From the NCBI GenBank assembly GCA_041671125.1, contig JBAZCA010000001.1, positions 200,120 to 264,119 on the forward strand: DNA of 64,000 bases, read 5' to 3'. Of this stretch, positions 11,101-20,800 are shown in pieces. The stretch comes from Patescibacteria group bacterium (GTDB taxonomy: Bacteria > Patescibacteriota > Patescibacteriia > Patescibacteriales > JBAZCA01). The notes beneath the pieces were generated by a model. It ran no database searches and was not told the origin of the DNA. It saw nothing but the letters and a program-made list of their open reading frames with translations. Made by a program: the position numbers and the translations under genes. The first letter of the stretch is position 1; every line of letters starts with the position of its first letter.

Positions 11101-11116
11101 TCATAAATATCTTCAA
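2177..11116 (-). CDS. Giant membrane-anchored surface protein with four LamG (concanavalin-A-like lectin) modules, two poly-glycine modules and C-terminal FN3/Ig-like repeats
   Basis: One uninterrupted 2979-codon ORF, with TTG at 11116 and the first ATG at 11104. The N-terminal anchor helix reads ..IGATVFLLAIIAGSPFAW.. LamG hallmarks appear four times: ..TVGLWH(M/L)xE.. or ..LVAQWNFNE.. at the start, and ..IDEVRISN(V/T)ART(P/A)(E/A)EI.. or ..IDSVRVYSRAISAEEI.. at the end. The C-terminus contains ..GYRVYRDD.. and ..LTYQWQRS.. Confidence 0.85.
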   Translation of the reverse strand: MKIFMKKIVLKMNKLARRFFLLFVDRKKMRFDWKRIGATVFLLAIIAGSPFAWRWLKNRSVKINYDISKNSWGGEYEYQNINRDFQVGFLDKKDPSKSWVNFSVGGDSLAMALDAEMTNDKSQITNKSQIQNSKEDKFNKDKLIIKDVLPQTDLTYEIIDHGVKEEIVLKDKKAMETQNFASKKTKKFVGPVWEFSLEGKNVEPIKVAEGIYSPAFVDKKTGKYAFHFLKPVMIDAVGNKSDEIVMQIKEIKDEKVGMDSENNFQSILKNQFSMIKTALAGDDSQKYSVIIKPSQKWLNDPARKFPIRIDPSVVHDESSEFTGVKNRIYDSGSGASPKLESYYHELPADKNTVGLWHMNETANDSCSAGQDACDSSGNGNHATESGTTIETTSQRLGLAARAFDGTNDYATVAHSTSLDFNQASAFTAEAWFYADATTSRIIINKQENVSNEFGYTLYLDSNGKVVFSVFKQAVAANDITSTQTIIAGRWYHVAGVSDGSKTYLYINGVLEGSMAITISASTQSVATLYIGEWYNSTNRFDGVIDEVRISNVARTPEEIKADAQRSPYGIYTSPVIDGGINGVDWQTIQWTENGNQTGDGETLSSSTGLVAQWNFNEASGTAANNDAEGTSCGGTPANCDGTLTSFASTGSRDAAAGTGWTADNRRWGAGALMFDGTNDYVDFSNNSSLDLGNNDFTIEGWFKLSGAATGQIISKRQASPDRSNYEIYWGDCGTNILGARWTYDGGTWRTVCFGYTNQGEWYHFTLVHSGTTIYSYLNGVLKNSNTAGGTIDSVTSTNLLVGVRNGLSQYFNGTIDSVRVYSRAISAEEILVNYNAGNIEIQTRTASSASSSQSATVADSYADTTKINTGSSSNYQVAGGQLKLQTGVYVGDGSDGALTVSASKNLNTESLGADGDDNSAYADGIAYRVSGISGTTITATTNAPGIVAGDKILLVDLQGASADYGSVGNYEVLTVSSVSSANIYVTSAPTKDYDGSGNSYTNQKVVVQRIPQYTNVTVENGGTITASGWDALATAPTGNAGFYTGIVAFYANGTATVNNGGKVSAETLGYNNSETYRGTYAYGGGGGGGGGQYSTRPIGVKGTGGTTGGGDGGNGANNGGTGQNGVDGASSGGTKGLGAIGYGGNGGGGGAGGGAGAGSGNGGSSHNGNNVYFGGGGGGGSIGYSGAGGSGGGGGGSWYGGAGGNGGSAAGGAPGVIGDETGVGGGGGGGGGGGYGTAGGGGKGGASYTGNCNGVNGSTVGGNGADTCGNWTIGGGGGGGGGAGGVAYGAENLSQLYFGSPGAGQVNNSSGGIIAIFCNNLVVDNSGSITANGANAAEASSTYGTGGKGGSSGGSILIQGNTATLNTSRVTASGGTGSSNAGGGGAGGSGRIAVYYNSAPSGTTSPTAYTAQGDLVGYQTSGTVISTNLLTGVSSVNSITSFVYNLSAKPGSTTATIQFSQDGTNWYNKDKGSGSETLTTGVNNTITLSGWTASANFYYKIAFGGDSTDTPVLDDVTLDYIIPTDDYNWEAWKPAGAGTETQIASMDTESTAWQVDSYMNSDSTISKVGGINIGTGDDGDCIIDNGTKTLDSDAGSAVCNSSARATAYAVNFSDTTLEKTGETSVTVSATPTGLAAGDEILIINLQGTSTNYNSVGQYETHIISSISTNDLNFTDYPLKNTYDGTTQKIMVQRVPNFGNVTVCGGNTGGGCSAAATLTITAWNGTKNGVLFFRSNGTVTVNSGGAVSVTGKGFTAGSTGMAYGGNSFGGAAGNGNWYASGGSGGGGGGIGGGSAVNSTGGSGSALGGAGGGGGYAGNYGSGGGGGGYGTGGGGGYGINNGGSGSYASGSGGNGNSTNAGGGGGGGTLGSSELSNIFLGSGGGGGGDGWSCGRSGASGEGDGGGIAYISGNAISVAGSIANNGDNGLAGLYCYVSGARYSGGSGGGSGGTIRLDGNSVGISGSVTASGGSGGTIASGYNGGAGGSGRIAVNYSSSLSGITTPVAYTKKLQSQAKQEGTGSLQTSVGAPQTDANTVGLWHLDETNVGVGSTAYDSSGNGRNGIAGGAGTTVTDGFAGKARSFNGTSDYISATIPAIGAGNFSASTWIKTTYTAGNQAILDNRGSAAQGFITYVEQTTGKAAVYIYSSSVEASVVGTTNIADGKWHLVVGQYDSTALKIYIDGALENSVTKAWTNGGISTSLLIGKDNAGGSFFHGSMDEIKLSNTARTAEEIAEAYRAGRDHRLSRTISSTDLSSASKLPFYIAADRPGTYLETTVGESAFANYEPDANTVGLWHLEEQSGSGAYIKDSSSSGNNGTPTGTTFSQGKIGKARNYTATTNKITTGSVVTTATNNFTIDTWVNWSGSSTGYGQYLVYNGNSGTSGWGIYLNSSDSHQIHFLYGGVIDVDTNIALSSNSWNHIVMKRDNGTLYGYLNGALFYSGSASVPNTPSGYTYIFGDQNANDAFNGLIDEVRISNTARTAAEIRQAYEVGRRTHPITIDFAASLDSGNLIADTNDLSFTVNSQTYGATNKGDNLYTGDKVIVKENYNGTEYIAQGTTTAVAASTGAVTISAWDAGSTFPAGGFTVNATVFKWQREYWDLTGAMDDQINASTNLTLRLTDGLGGRNIYLDDFESVSNYLTDPAATSNIISTDSRYIQYRAIVSATDTNVSPYLSEVSIDYLLPPDQPSDVAATDETYGEKVVVTWTKSTGATGYRVYRDDVSVSGDLGDVATYNDSGADPPVITPGTAGATDGTNKEYVALSLSGESAANGTTHVYKVVAFNASGDSPDSLTDTGYRGAQSLTYQWQRSADDSDASYSDISGGITNPYNDTGAPTDGSGRYFHCILSATGSVSQTSTADRGYRDPTPDITTSAVSSITDTGASANADITSIGGSTVIARGFEYGLTETGTWETHETGSFSTGVFSLPLAGFTHDTTYYIRSYATNSAGTGYGGWIMFSTTMDVSPVELKKNVELRKNIEIK
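3640..4260 (-). other. LamG module 4 (approximate bounds)
   Basis: Runs from ..TVGLWHLEE.. to ..FNGLIDEVRISNTARTAAEIRQAY.. Confidence 0.7.
4390..5030 (-). other. LamG module 3 (approximate bounds)
   Basis: Runs from ..TVGLWHLDE.. to ..FHGSMDEIKLSNTARTAEEIAEAY.. Confidence 0.7.
5140..6420 (-). repeat. Intragenic module copy 2: beta-rich segment plus a poly-glycine block of about 240 aa
   Basis: ..YETHIISSIST..QKIMVQRVPNFGNVTV.. is followed by runs of G and ends ..GGAGGSGRIAVNYSS. It is collinear with copy 1. Confidence 0.7.
6925..8480 (-). repeat. Intragenic module copy 1: beta-rich segment plus a poly-glycine block of about 320 aa
   Basis: ..YEVLTVSSVSS..QKVVVQRIPQYTNVTV.. is followed by runs of G (GGGGGGGGG and similar) and ends ..GGAGGSGRIAVYYNS. 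Confidence 0.7.
8600..9300 (-). other. LamG module 2 (approximate bounds)
   Basis: Runs from ..LVAQWNFNE.. to ..FNGTIDSVRVYSRAISAEEILVNY.. Confidence 0.65.
9415..10070 (-). other. LamG module 1 (approximate bounds)
   Basis: Runs from ..TVGLWHMNE.. to ..FDGVIDEVRISNVARTPEEIKADAQ.. Confidence 0.7.
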
Positions 11117-11132
11117 TTATATATAAATAAAA

Positions 11133-11830
11133 TTACTTCGCGCACCTGAACCCGACGTCGTCCATCGCTTCGTGCGGGGCGTGCGAAAGATCCAGCGAAT
11201 AAATTCCATTTTCTCCCCGGACAAAGCCGCGGACTTTGTCCGATGACTCTCCGGTGATGATTTTGCCTATTCCATTGTCAGTGTCATTCATATAATACGG
11301 CGGACGGATGTTGCCGAGCGATTTGTAGGAAAAAACGTTTCCATATTCTTCCCAGCCGCCCGCTCCCGCCAAAGGCATATCTTCCTGGTTTACGATTCCC
11401 CTGGTCCATTCGCCCATACCGGCTAATTCATATATCATATTCCCGTTAGTCAGGATAAAGGGCGTGGAGCTGGCCGATTCGGCAAGATTCGCCGCGGTTG
11501 ACGTCGCCAGCTGTAAACCGTAAATATTCGGATCAATATCATTACCCTCTGCCCGGATAATATTATCCGCGATGGTGAGCCATTCTGAATCGCTCATTAA
11601 ATGATAGCCTTGCCCAAGGCTCTGGCATCTTATGTCCGCCTCGCCTTGGCTGATTCCTGTCCAAACCGGATAGCTGTTATCAACAATATTCGCTAAATTC
11701 GTTTCTGATCCGTTTTCATTCGCGAGTTTAACCATGACGCAGAAGCCCGGAAGCGTTCCGTATTCAGCCGAACCCGGAATCCAGGTAAATCCTTCATCGC
11801 AATAACCTTCATAAGCTCCGGCGACGACTT
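11133..11830 (-). other. C-terminal C-type-lectin-fold-like domain (FGE-sulfatase / DUF1566-like)
   Basis: ..WTGISQGEADIRCQSLGQGYHLMSDSEWLTIADNI.. with the terminal ..VGFRCAK. Confidence 0.45.
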
Positions 11831-14800
11831 TGCCTTCAACTCCTAAATCGCCTAAAGTATCATCAACTTTCTCGTCCAGCCGGGAAGAGCAGGCACCGGA
11901 AGAGCAGACTAATATCCGACCGTCAACTTCAAGCTCCCCGACGATTGCCACTTTACCTCCTGAGGTTATGTTCATAATGGAAACTTCGCCGGATTTAAAG
12001 TCAGCGACATCGCCCGAACCGATCTGATTAACGATAAAGGCGGTTTGGGCTGTCGTAGAGGCGGTTTTAATTTCCATAATCGCGACTTCGGTAGTCGTGG
12101 CGGATGTAATAATGGTCACAGTCGCGCCGCCGTCAGCTCCAAACCTGCCGTCTCGTCTGTTATCCAATATCTCCGCCGTAGAGCTCGCCAGTTCATCCAG
12201 TCTGCCGTTAACCACTAACCATTGGTCGCTAAGCAACAGCGTTTGATTATTGATAATTGAAAAATTATTGATCATTGATAATTGCGCGTCCGCCAAAGCT
12301 TTAGCGACGGCGGAAAAATTGAAAATTTCGTCCCTTAATTCATAATTCTTAATTCTTAATTCTTCTATTTTACTGGTAAGATCATCGGTGGTGACAGTTA
12401 ACTCGGTTGAAAGCATAAACAACTTCGGATCTACAATTTCCCCGATTTTTGAATCTAAATTAAGCTGTTCCACGGCCGAGGCGATTAGCCGATTAACTTC
12501 ATCTTCAATCGCCATATCCGCCACCCGGTCGGAAACCAATTTTTCCACTTCTTCAACGGCTAAGGATTTATTGCGGCGGGAAATAAGGACTTTAATCTTT
12601 CCGGTTCCTTCCAGTTTTGATTCAAGAGCTATGCCGACGGTTGAATCGCCGCCTTCGGCGCGCATGGCATAGCCGGGCGTGGATGAGGCTGAAGTCAGGG
12701 AGTCGCCAACTCTAACAGGTCCGTTTTCGGCTGAGACAAAAGCGTCAACCTGGCCGAGCATGCCGACGATAGCGTAGCCGGAAGGATTTAGGGCAATTTC
12801 TTTTGAATTATTACCAACGATTGAAGGCTGGGTTGATACTATGCCCATAACGTTGTTATCCGCCCCCCGATCGCACCTCTTTACGCCGTTCTCCCTCGTT
12901 ATGTCAATACAAACTACTTCGCCTGATTTTAAATCCGAATCCGCTGTTTTAAAATACTCAGCGTAGTCGGCGCCGGTAGCGTATGCCCCGACCGCGTAAA
13001 CCGTTCCGGCCACTGTTGCCCCGGTGCAGGTATCATTATTGTCAACGCATAAATATCCATTGGCGATTTTGACGTTTTTTCCGGAAGCGGCTGAACCGAT
13101 ATGCAAACCGGCGGAAGGACTCGTCGTCCCGATGCCGATGTTGCCACTCTTATCAATCAGCAAACGAGTTGTCCCTGCTGCTATCGGGTCGCCCGCTAAA
13201 GCATTACTCGTTTTTATTGCAAAATCTCCATAAGCAGTAGAATTAGCGCCAATAAACCAATTTCTGCTATCTACTTGTGAAAAGGTTGTGTCTAATCTAA
13301 TACCAGAAGAGGTGTCTGCTCCAGTAAATCTAGCCGAGGGGACACCCGTAGCTGTACTGATAACATCAATTTTATATCCCGGACTCGTCGTCCCGATCCC
13401 CACATTCCCACTGCTCCCTTCTACAAACAGTTTGTCATTGAGGTTGATGTCCACGTCCGTGCCGTCACCCAGTTTGACATAGTCTTGCGCTCCTTTGTAG
13501 AGATCAAGAAGATATTTGCCGCCGATGTAACCGCGGAAGCGGTTATCGTCAAAACTAAGAGTTGTGTCAGTGTCGTCGTTGTGGTGGATGAATTGATTGA
13601 TGCCCAGGTCTCCATTAACATCCAACTCGTAGTCGGGATTGGTCGTCCCGATGCCCAGATAGCCGGAGTTAAGGACAGTGATTTTTTCCGCTCCGGCGCC
13701 GTCAAAGAGGTTAAAAATCGGATTGGTTCCGTCGCCTTTGACTGAGAGCCTGGCGGTCGGGGAAGTCGTCCCGATGCCGACGTTGCCGCTGGAATCAATC
13801 CGCAGTCTTTCCAGTCCGTTGGTGGAAAAATTGAGCGTATCCGCGCCGCTGGACCAGAGGCCGGTATTCAGGTCAGACCGGAAGGCGAGGCCGGGGTCGG
13901 CGGCCGAGCCGGAGCCGAAGGCAATCTTGCCGTTGACGTCAAGAAGCGCCAGCGGGATGGCGGTGTTAACGCCGACATTGCCTCCGGCGTAGTTGATGCC
14001 GCCAGTAGCTTGCGCCCAATAGCCGGCGCTGCTGCCGCTTCCATTGAGAGAGACGGCGATTCTGGCGGTAACCGTGTCGGCGCTGTTATTATAAAAGCGC
14101 ACCGTATTGGAATCCTGAATCCGAAGCTGGTATTGGGATTGTTCATACGTCACAGTGATGCCGTTCACCGCTGGAGTGAGGCCGGTGGTGGTTTCCATTC
14201 CCACGGCAAAATCCAGGGTTTCAGTGGAACCGACGGCGTAGCCTCCGGAAGATTCCTGCTGGGCGTCGGTGAGGGCGTTCATTTCCGTGCCGGTCATTTG
14301 ATTGGCGGTAACTTGCATAGCTTGATCCAACGCTCCGGCTTGGGTGTTGGTAGTAGCGGCTGTCCAAGTAACGCTCGTTAGTCCGGTGGCCGTGTTGGCG
14401 TTGTATTGCCAGGTGCCGGAGTTGTTTCGGGCAATCGGACGCCAGCCGGCGTTTCCGTCGGTGTTGTCATATATTTTCCAGGTGGAACGGTCATCATATG
14501 AAACGGCGTAATGGATGGTTTCTCCATTGGTGGTTTCGGTGACGGCGATGGAGTTGATATTGGTCCAGTAGGAGGAATCCAGTTGGTTGGTGTCGGTGGT
14601 GGTGGTGATGTAGAGGGAGTCGATGGGAGAAAAAATGCTTTCAAATACATGGATGTTAAGCCCATAATTGCCATTTCCCACATTGACATAGGCAAGCTTG
14701 TTGTTGGGAAAATAGGTTATTGCCAGCGAACCAAGGGTAGTGCTATAGACAGCGCCGAGATCGATAGGATTTTTTGCATCAATAGTTATGTTCGTGCCGC

Positions 14801-17800
14801 TCACGGCAAGATTGAGGTAATAATAATTGGAACCGGATGATTTATACGCCACGCCGACATCAGTGGAATTATACGCGGCAATTGCCGGAAAATAGGTAGC
14901 CGCGCTGTTGAAAGTAGTTTCCGTGCCGTAACTGACATTCACACCGGAGGCTGTTGCTACAATGGCCTTGCCAAAAGTGTCGGAATCGCGGTAAGCGATG
15001 ATGGCTTTGTCGGTAGTAAGTTGGGTGGCGGAGATATGGGTGCTGGCCGTTCCATTGAATTGCGTTTCCGTGCCAAAAGTGATTGTAGCAGTAGAAACGG
15101 AAGCCACAATGGCTTTGCCTAAAGCATCGGAATCCTGGTAAGTAATGATGGCTTTGTCGGTGGTGAGTTGGGTGGCGGAGATATAGCTGGTATCTGTTCC
15201 ATTGAATTGCGCTTGCGTGCCAAAAGTGATGGTTGTACCGGAAACGGAAGCGACCCTGGCGTAACCAAAAGCGTCGTAATGTTTGTAAGCGATAATGGCT
15301 TTGTCGGTGGTGAGTTGGGTGACGGAGATATAAGGAGTGTTGGTATAAGTGGAAGAATTGAAAATAGCTGCCGCGCCAAAAGTGATGGTTGTACCGGAAA
15401 CGGAAGCCACAATGGCCTTGCCAGTGTAACTGCCAGCACTCTCAAAATAAGCGATAATGGCTTTGTCGGTAGACAATTTGGCAGTGGAAATTCCAAGCAT
15501 AGAAGCACCAGCATTAAAAGAAACGCGAGTCCCATAGGTAACCGTAGTTCCGGAAACAGAAGCCACTACTGCATATCCAGCAGTGGTTCCTGCATAAGCA
15601 ATTAAAACTTTATCGCTTGAAAGTTGAGTTGCTGACACCGGATAAGAACTAGTATACAAAGAATAACTAAATGGCTCGTCAGCTCCATAGGAAATAGTAG
15701 TGTCGGATACATCCGCCACTCTTCCTGTTGAATTATTACTGCCATTGACAGAAGCAATAACTAAAGCCTTATCCGTGTCCGCTTTCCCTACCGCTGTGAA
15801 TCCAACAATGCTGGAAAAATAACTGGCTTCCGCGCCGTAGGTGATGGTTGTGCCGGAAACGGAAGCGACAATGCTTTTGCCAAAAGTATCGGAATCCTTG
15901 TAAACGATGATAGCTTTGTCGGTGGTGAGTTGGGTGGCGGAGATATAGGTAGTATCTGTTCCATTAAATTGTACTTCCGCGCCGTAGGTGATGGTTGTGC
16001 CGGAAATGGAAGCCACAATGGCTTTGCCGAAATTATCGGAATCCCGGTAAGCGATGATGGCTTTGTCGGTGGTGAGTTGGGTGGCGGAGATATAGCTGAA
16101 AGACGTATTGAATTGCGCTTCCGCACCGTAGGTGATGGTTGTGCCGGAAACGGAAGCCACAACGGCCTTGCCATAGCCATCGGAATCCTCTTTGTAAGCG
16201 ATGATGGCTTTGTCGGTGGTGAGTTGGGTGGCGGAAATCTCGCTGGTAGCCGCATTGAATTGCGCTTCCGCACCGTAGGTGATGGTTGTGCCGGAAACGG
16301 AAGCCACAATGGCCTTACCAAAAGTATCGGAATCCCGGTAAGCGATGATGGCTTTGTCGGTGGTGAGTTGGGTGGCGGAGATAAGGATGGTAGTCGCTCC
16401 ATTGAATTGCGCTTCCGTGCCGTAGGTGATGGTTGTGCCGGAAACGGAAGCCACAATGGCTTTGCCTAAAGTATCGGCGCTAGTGTCCTGATAGGTGATG
16501 ATAGCTTTATCGGTATCAATCTTGGCAACCGAAACGTAATCAATTCTGGTCGAATTAAACACAACCGGCGTGCCGTAGGTTACGGACGACCCGGAAATAG
16601 TGGCTACAACCGCGGTACCAAAATAACCATATTCCGCATAAGCGACTAAAACTTTATTTGCGCTGATTTGAACAGCGGAAATATAATTGGTACTTCCCGT
16701 AAAATAAACTCCCGTTTTTATCTTTCCATTATCCTGGCTGGCTTTGAAATCATTAAGCGCCAACTGTTCCAAGCTATTGTAATCCTTCATCGCCTGTCCG
16801 GTCATTTCCCAACTGCCCGAGGCGATGGGGTCGGTGTTGGTGAAAGCCGTTACCACCGTGGCGGTGATGGTGGTTTGAGCGGCCGGGTCGTCGTTGATAA
16901 TCACTTCCCCGCCGTTCCCTGTAATTCTCATGCCTTTTTTCACCTTGGCGTTGTCGTTCCAGTTGCCACTTCCCAGAGTGAGTGTTATGTCTCCGGTGGT
17001 GGCGCTGGGAGTGAGAGTTGTTGCGTAGGCCAGGTTGTCCAGATCATAGTTAGATTCGTCAACGATATCCATATCCAAAGAATCATCCGTATTGGAATCT
17101 CCCGTAGCGGAAAGGGTGCTGACATTTTGCCAGACTGTGCCGTTGGAAACCCAAGCATCGGCAACGACATCGGTGGTATTTTGTCCGTGGGTTACGTCCA
17201 AGTATCCTCCGGCAGCGACCAGACCGGAGTTGGTGTAAAGTTGATAATCTGAATCAACGCCGCCGCTTCCCAGCGCCAGCCAACTGCCGCCGCTGTTTTT
17301 GTATTCCAAAGTTCCACTGTTGTCCCGGATGCCATAGCCGTCCGAACCGTCAATACTGCCAAAATTGAAATAACCCGAAGCCGCTATCCCTAAATTTCCA
17401 TTGACATCCAGAGTATGGCTTGGAGTGCTAGTGCCTATGCCGATGTTTCCTCCATTGTCAAACAAAACGGAATCAGCCAAAGTGGTGGCTGTGCCGAATT
17501 TTGGCAAATAACCTATAGTTCCCGATCCCCCCATGCCGGCGGTTAAGAGGGCGCCGTTGACATAGTAGTTGCCGCTGATGTTGATGTCCCCGGCGACATC
17601 CAGTTCATAATTCGGATCCGTCGTCCCGATGCCAACGTTGCCGGCGGTTCGGTAGATATCCGCGCCGGAAACGCTCCAGTTTGAGCCGGTGCCGGGTGAG
17701 AGAAGTACGCCGTTGGAATAAATTTCCGTGGCGTTAAGCGTTCCGGCAACGTTTAGCTTGTAAGCGCTGACAGACGTCGTCCCGATCCCCACATTCCCAC

Positions 17801-20800
17801 TGCTCCCTTCTACAAACAGTTTGTCATTGAGGTTGATGTCCACGTCCGTGCCGTCACCCAGTTTGACATAGTCTTGCGCTCCTTTGTAGAGATCAAGAAG
17901 ATATTTGCCGCCGATGTAACCGCGGAAGCGGTTATCGTCAAAACTAAGAGTTGTGTCAGTGTCGTCGTTGTGGTGGATGAATTGATTGATGCCCAGGTCT
18001 CCATTAACATCCAACTCGTAGTCGGGATTGGTCGTCCCGATGCCCAGATAGCCGGAGTTAAGGACAGTGATTTTTTCCGCTCCGGCGCCGTCAAAGAGGT
18101 TAAAAATCGGATTGGTTCCGTCGCCTTTGACTGAGAGCCTGGCGGTCGGGGAAGTCGTCCCGATGCCGACGTTGCCGCTGGAATCAATCCGCAGTCTTTC
18201 CAGTCCGTTGGTGGAAAAATTGAGCGTATCCGCGCCGCTGGACCAGAGGCCGGTATTCAGGTCAGACCGGAAGGCGAGGCCGGGGTCGGCGGCCGAGCCG
18301 GAGCCGAAGGCAATCTTGCCGTTGACGTCAAGAAGCGCCAGCGGGATGGCGGTGTTAACGCCGACATTGCCTCCGGCGTAGTTGATGCCGCCAGTAGCTT
18401 GCGCCCAATAGCCGGCGCTGCTGCCGCTTCCATTGAGAGAGACGGCGATTCTGGCGGTAACCGTGTCGGCGCTGTTATTATAAAAGCGCACCGTATTGGA
18501 ATCCTGAATCCGAAGCTGGTATTGGGATTGTTCATACGTCACAGTGATGCCGTTCACCGCTGGAGTGAGGCCGGTGGTGGTTTCCATTCCCACGGCAAAA
18601 TCCAGGGTTTCAGTGGAACCGACGGCGTAGCCTCCGGAAGATTCCTGCTGGGCGTCGGTGAGGGCGTTCATTTCCGTGCCGGTCATTTGATTGGCGGTAA
18701 CTTGCATAGCTTGGTCGAGGGCTCCGGCTTGGGTGTTAGTGGTAGCCGCTGTCCAGGTAACGCTCGTTAGTCCGGTGGCCGTGTTGGCGTTGTATTGCCA
18801 GGTGCCGGAGTTGTTTCGGGCAATGGGGCGCCAGCCGGCGTCTCCGTCGGTATTGTCGTAGATTTTCCAGGTGGCACGATCGTCATATGAGACGGCGTAG
18901 TCGATGGTTTCTCCATTGGTGGTTTCGGTGGCGGCAATGGAATTGATGTTGGTCCAGTAGGAGGAATCAAGTTGATTGGTGTCGGTGGTGGCGGTGATGT
19001 AGAGGGAGTCGATGGGAGAGAATTGGTTTTCAATGAGGTGGACATTGGCGCCATAGTTACTTGAATCTAAACTTATGTAATACAAGCTGTGGTCATTGGC
19101 ATAAGCGGCCGCGGGATAGGAACCGCCATAGCCATCATACATGGAACCCAAATCCAGCCCTTCGTCATCAGCCGACAAAGTGGTTCCGTTAACCGCCAGA
19201 TTTTTTACATAAATATTGCCTCCGGTTTGCCAATAGACCACGGAAGCTTGATTGGATCCGGGCGAGGTCAGCGCGGGAGCTTGAGTTATAGCCGCGTCGC
19301 TAAAAGTCGTTTCCCCTCCGAAAGTAACCGTTGTCCCGGAGACCGAAGCCGTGATGGCATGGCCATACGCACTATCGCCGGTATCACTATAGGCGATGAT
19401 AGCTTTGTCAGTGTCAACCTTAACGACGGAGTTATAATAAGTAGCCGCGGCATTGAAATTTACCGCCGATCCATAGGTAATGGTTGTACCGGAAACCGAG
19501 GCGACAATAGCATACCCGTAATAGCTGGCAGAAGGAGAAAAAGCGATAAGAGCTTTGTCGGTAGTAAGTTGAGTGGCGGAGATATATAACGTATTGGCGC
19601 CACTATTAAAAATAGTTTCTGCTCCATAAGTAATTGTAGTGCCGGAAACCGAGGCGACAATGGCATGGCCGAAATAACTATCGACGTTATCTGCGAAAGC
19701 AATAATAGCTTTGTTGGTTCCAAGCGGAGCGGCGGAAACATATATTGTATATGTTGAATTGAAAGCTACCGTCGCTCCAAGACTTACGGTTGTTCCCGAA
19801 ACTGAAGCGACAACAGCACTGCCGGTGCTGCTTGATGCCTTAAAAGCAATAAGGGCTTTGTTGGTATCCAGCTTGACCAAGGAAATATATTCGGCGGCGG
19901 CGGTGTAGAATGAAACCGGCGCGCCGTAGGTTACGGTTGACCCGGAAACCGTCCCCACTTTGACAAAACCTGCTCCAAACGCTCCCTGATAGGCGACCAA
20001 TACCTTATCAGTGTCAATTTGAGCGGCGGAAAAATAGAAATAGTCTGTGTCATAATAGTATCCGAATGGCTCGTCCGCGCCTAATGAAATCGTTGTCCCG
20101 GAAACACTCGCCACTCTTCCGGTTGATACACCCGCGTTGTACGCGCCAATCACCAAGGCTTTGTCCGTGTCGGATTTGGCAACCGCGGTATAATATGTAT
20201 AGTTGGAAAAATACGTTGATTCCGCTCCGTAGGAAATCGTCGTACCGGAAACCGAGGCCGTGATGGCATGGCCGTAACTGGAATCGCCGTCATCCCGGTA
20301 AGTGATAATGGCTTTGTCAGCGCCGAGCGGAGCGGAGGAGACACTTTGGGAAGAGGCGGAGTTAAAAGTCGCCTCCGTTCCATAGGAAACAACGGTTCCG
20401 GAAATTGAGGCCACTCTGGCATAGCCCGCACCTCCGGCCTGATACGCGATAATGGCTTTATCAGATCCCAACGGCGCGACGGAAACAAAGGAAGTTGCCA
20501 CCGATTTAAACGCTACTGCTGAACCATAGGAAATCGTCGTGCCGGAAACTGTTGCCACGATAGCATTGCCATAAGAAGAAGCGCCAGCATAAGTGATAAG
20601 GGCTTTGTCGGTGCCGATTTGGGCGGCGGAAATATAAGTGGCGACAACGGAAAACTGAACCGCCGAGCCATAAGTGATGGTAGTGCCGGAAACCGAGGCG
20701 ACGATAGCATTGCCGTAATTGGAAGAATTATCATAAGCAATAATCGCTTTGTCGGTACCGAGTTGAGCGACGGAAATGTAAGCAGTACTCATAACAGTAG

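Noticed and set aside
11133-11830. Diversity-generating retroelement target (C-terminal lectin-fold domain ending in GFRC)
   Set aside because: No reverse transcriptase ORF is present. I could find no template-repeat copy of the 3-prime end of the gene elsewhere in the window. The terminal codons do not show the Asn/AAY-rich pattern typical of variable regions.
15788-16469. Repetitive ORFs in other frames and strands across the repeat arrays (for example 15788-16456 minus and 15930-16469 plus; similar ones at 15119-15605 and 19089-19741)
   Set aside because: Their periodic sequences only mirror the 144-147-nt nucleotide repeat of the giant gene. They are nested within a single long ORF that has coherent domain structure.
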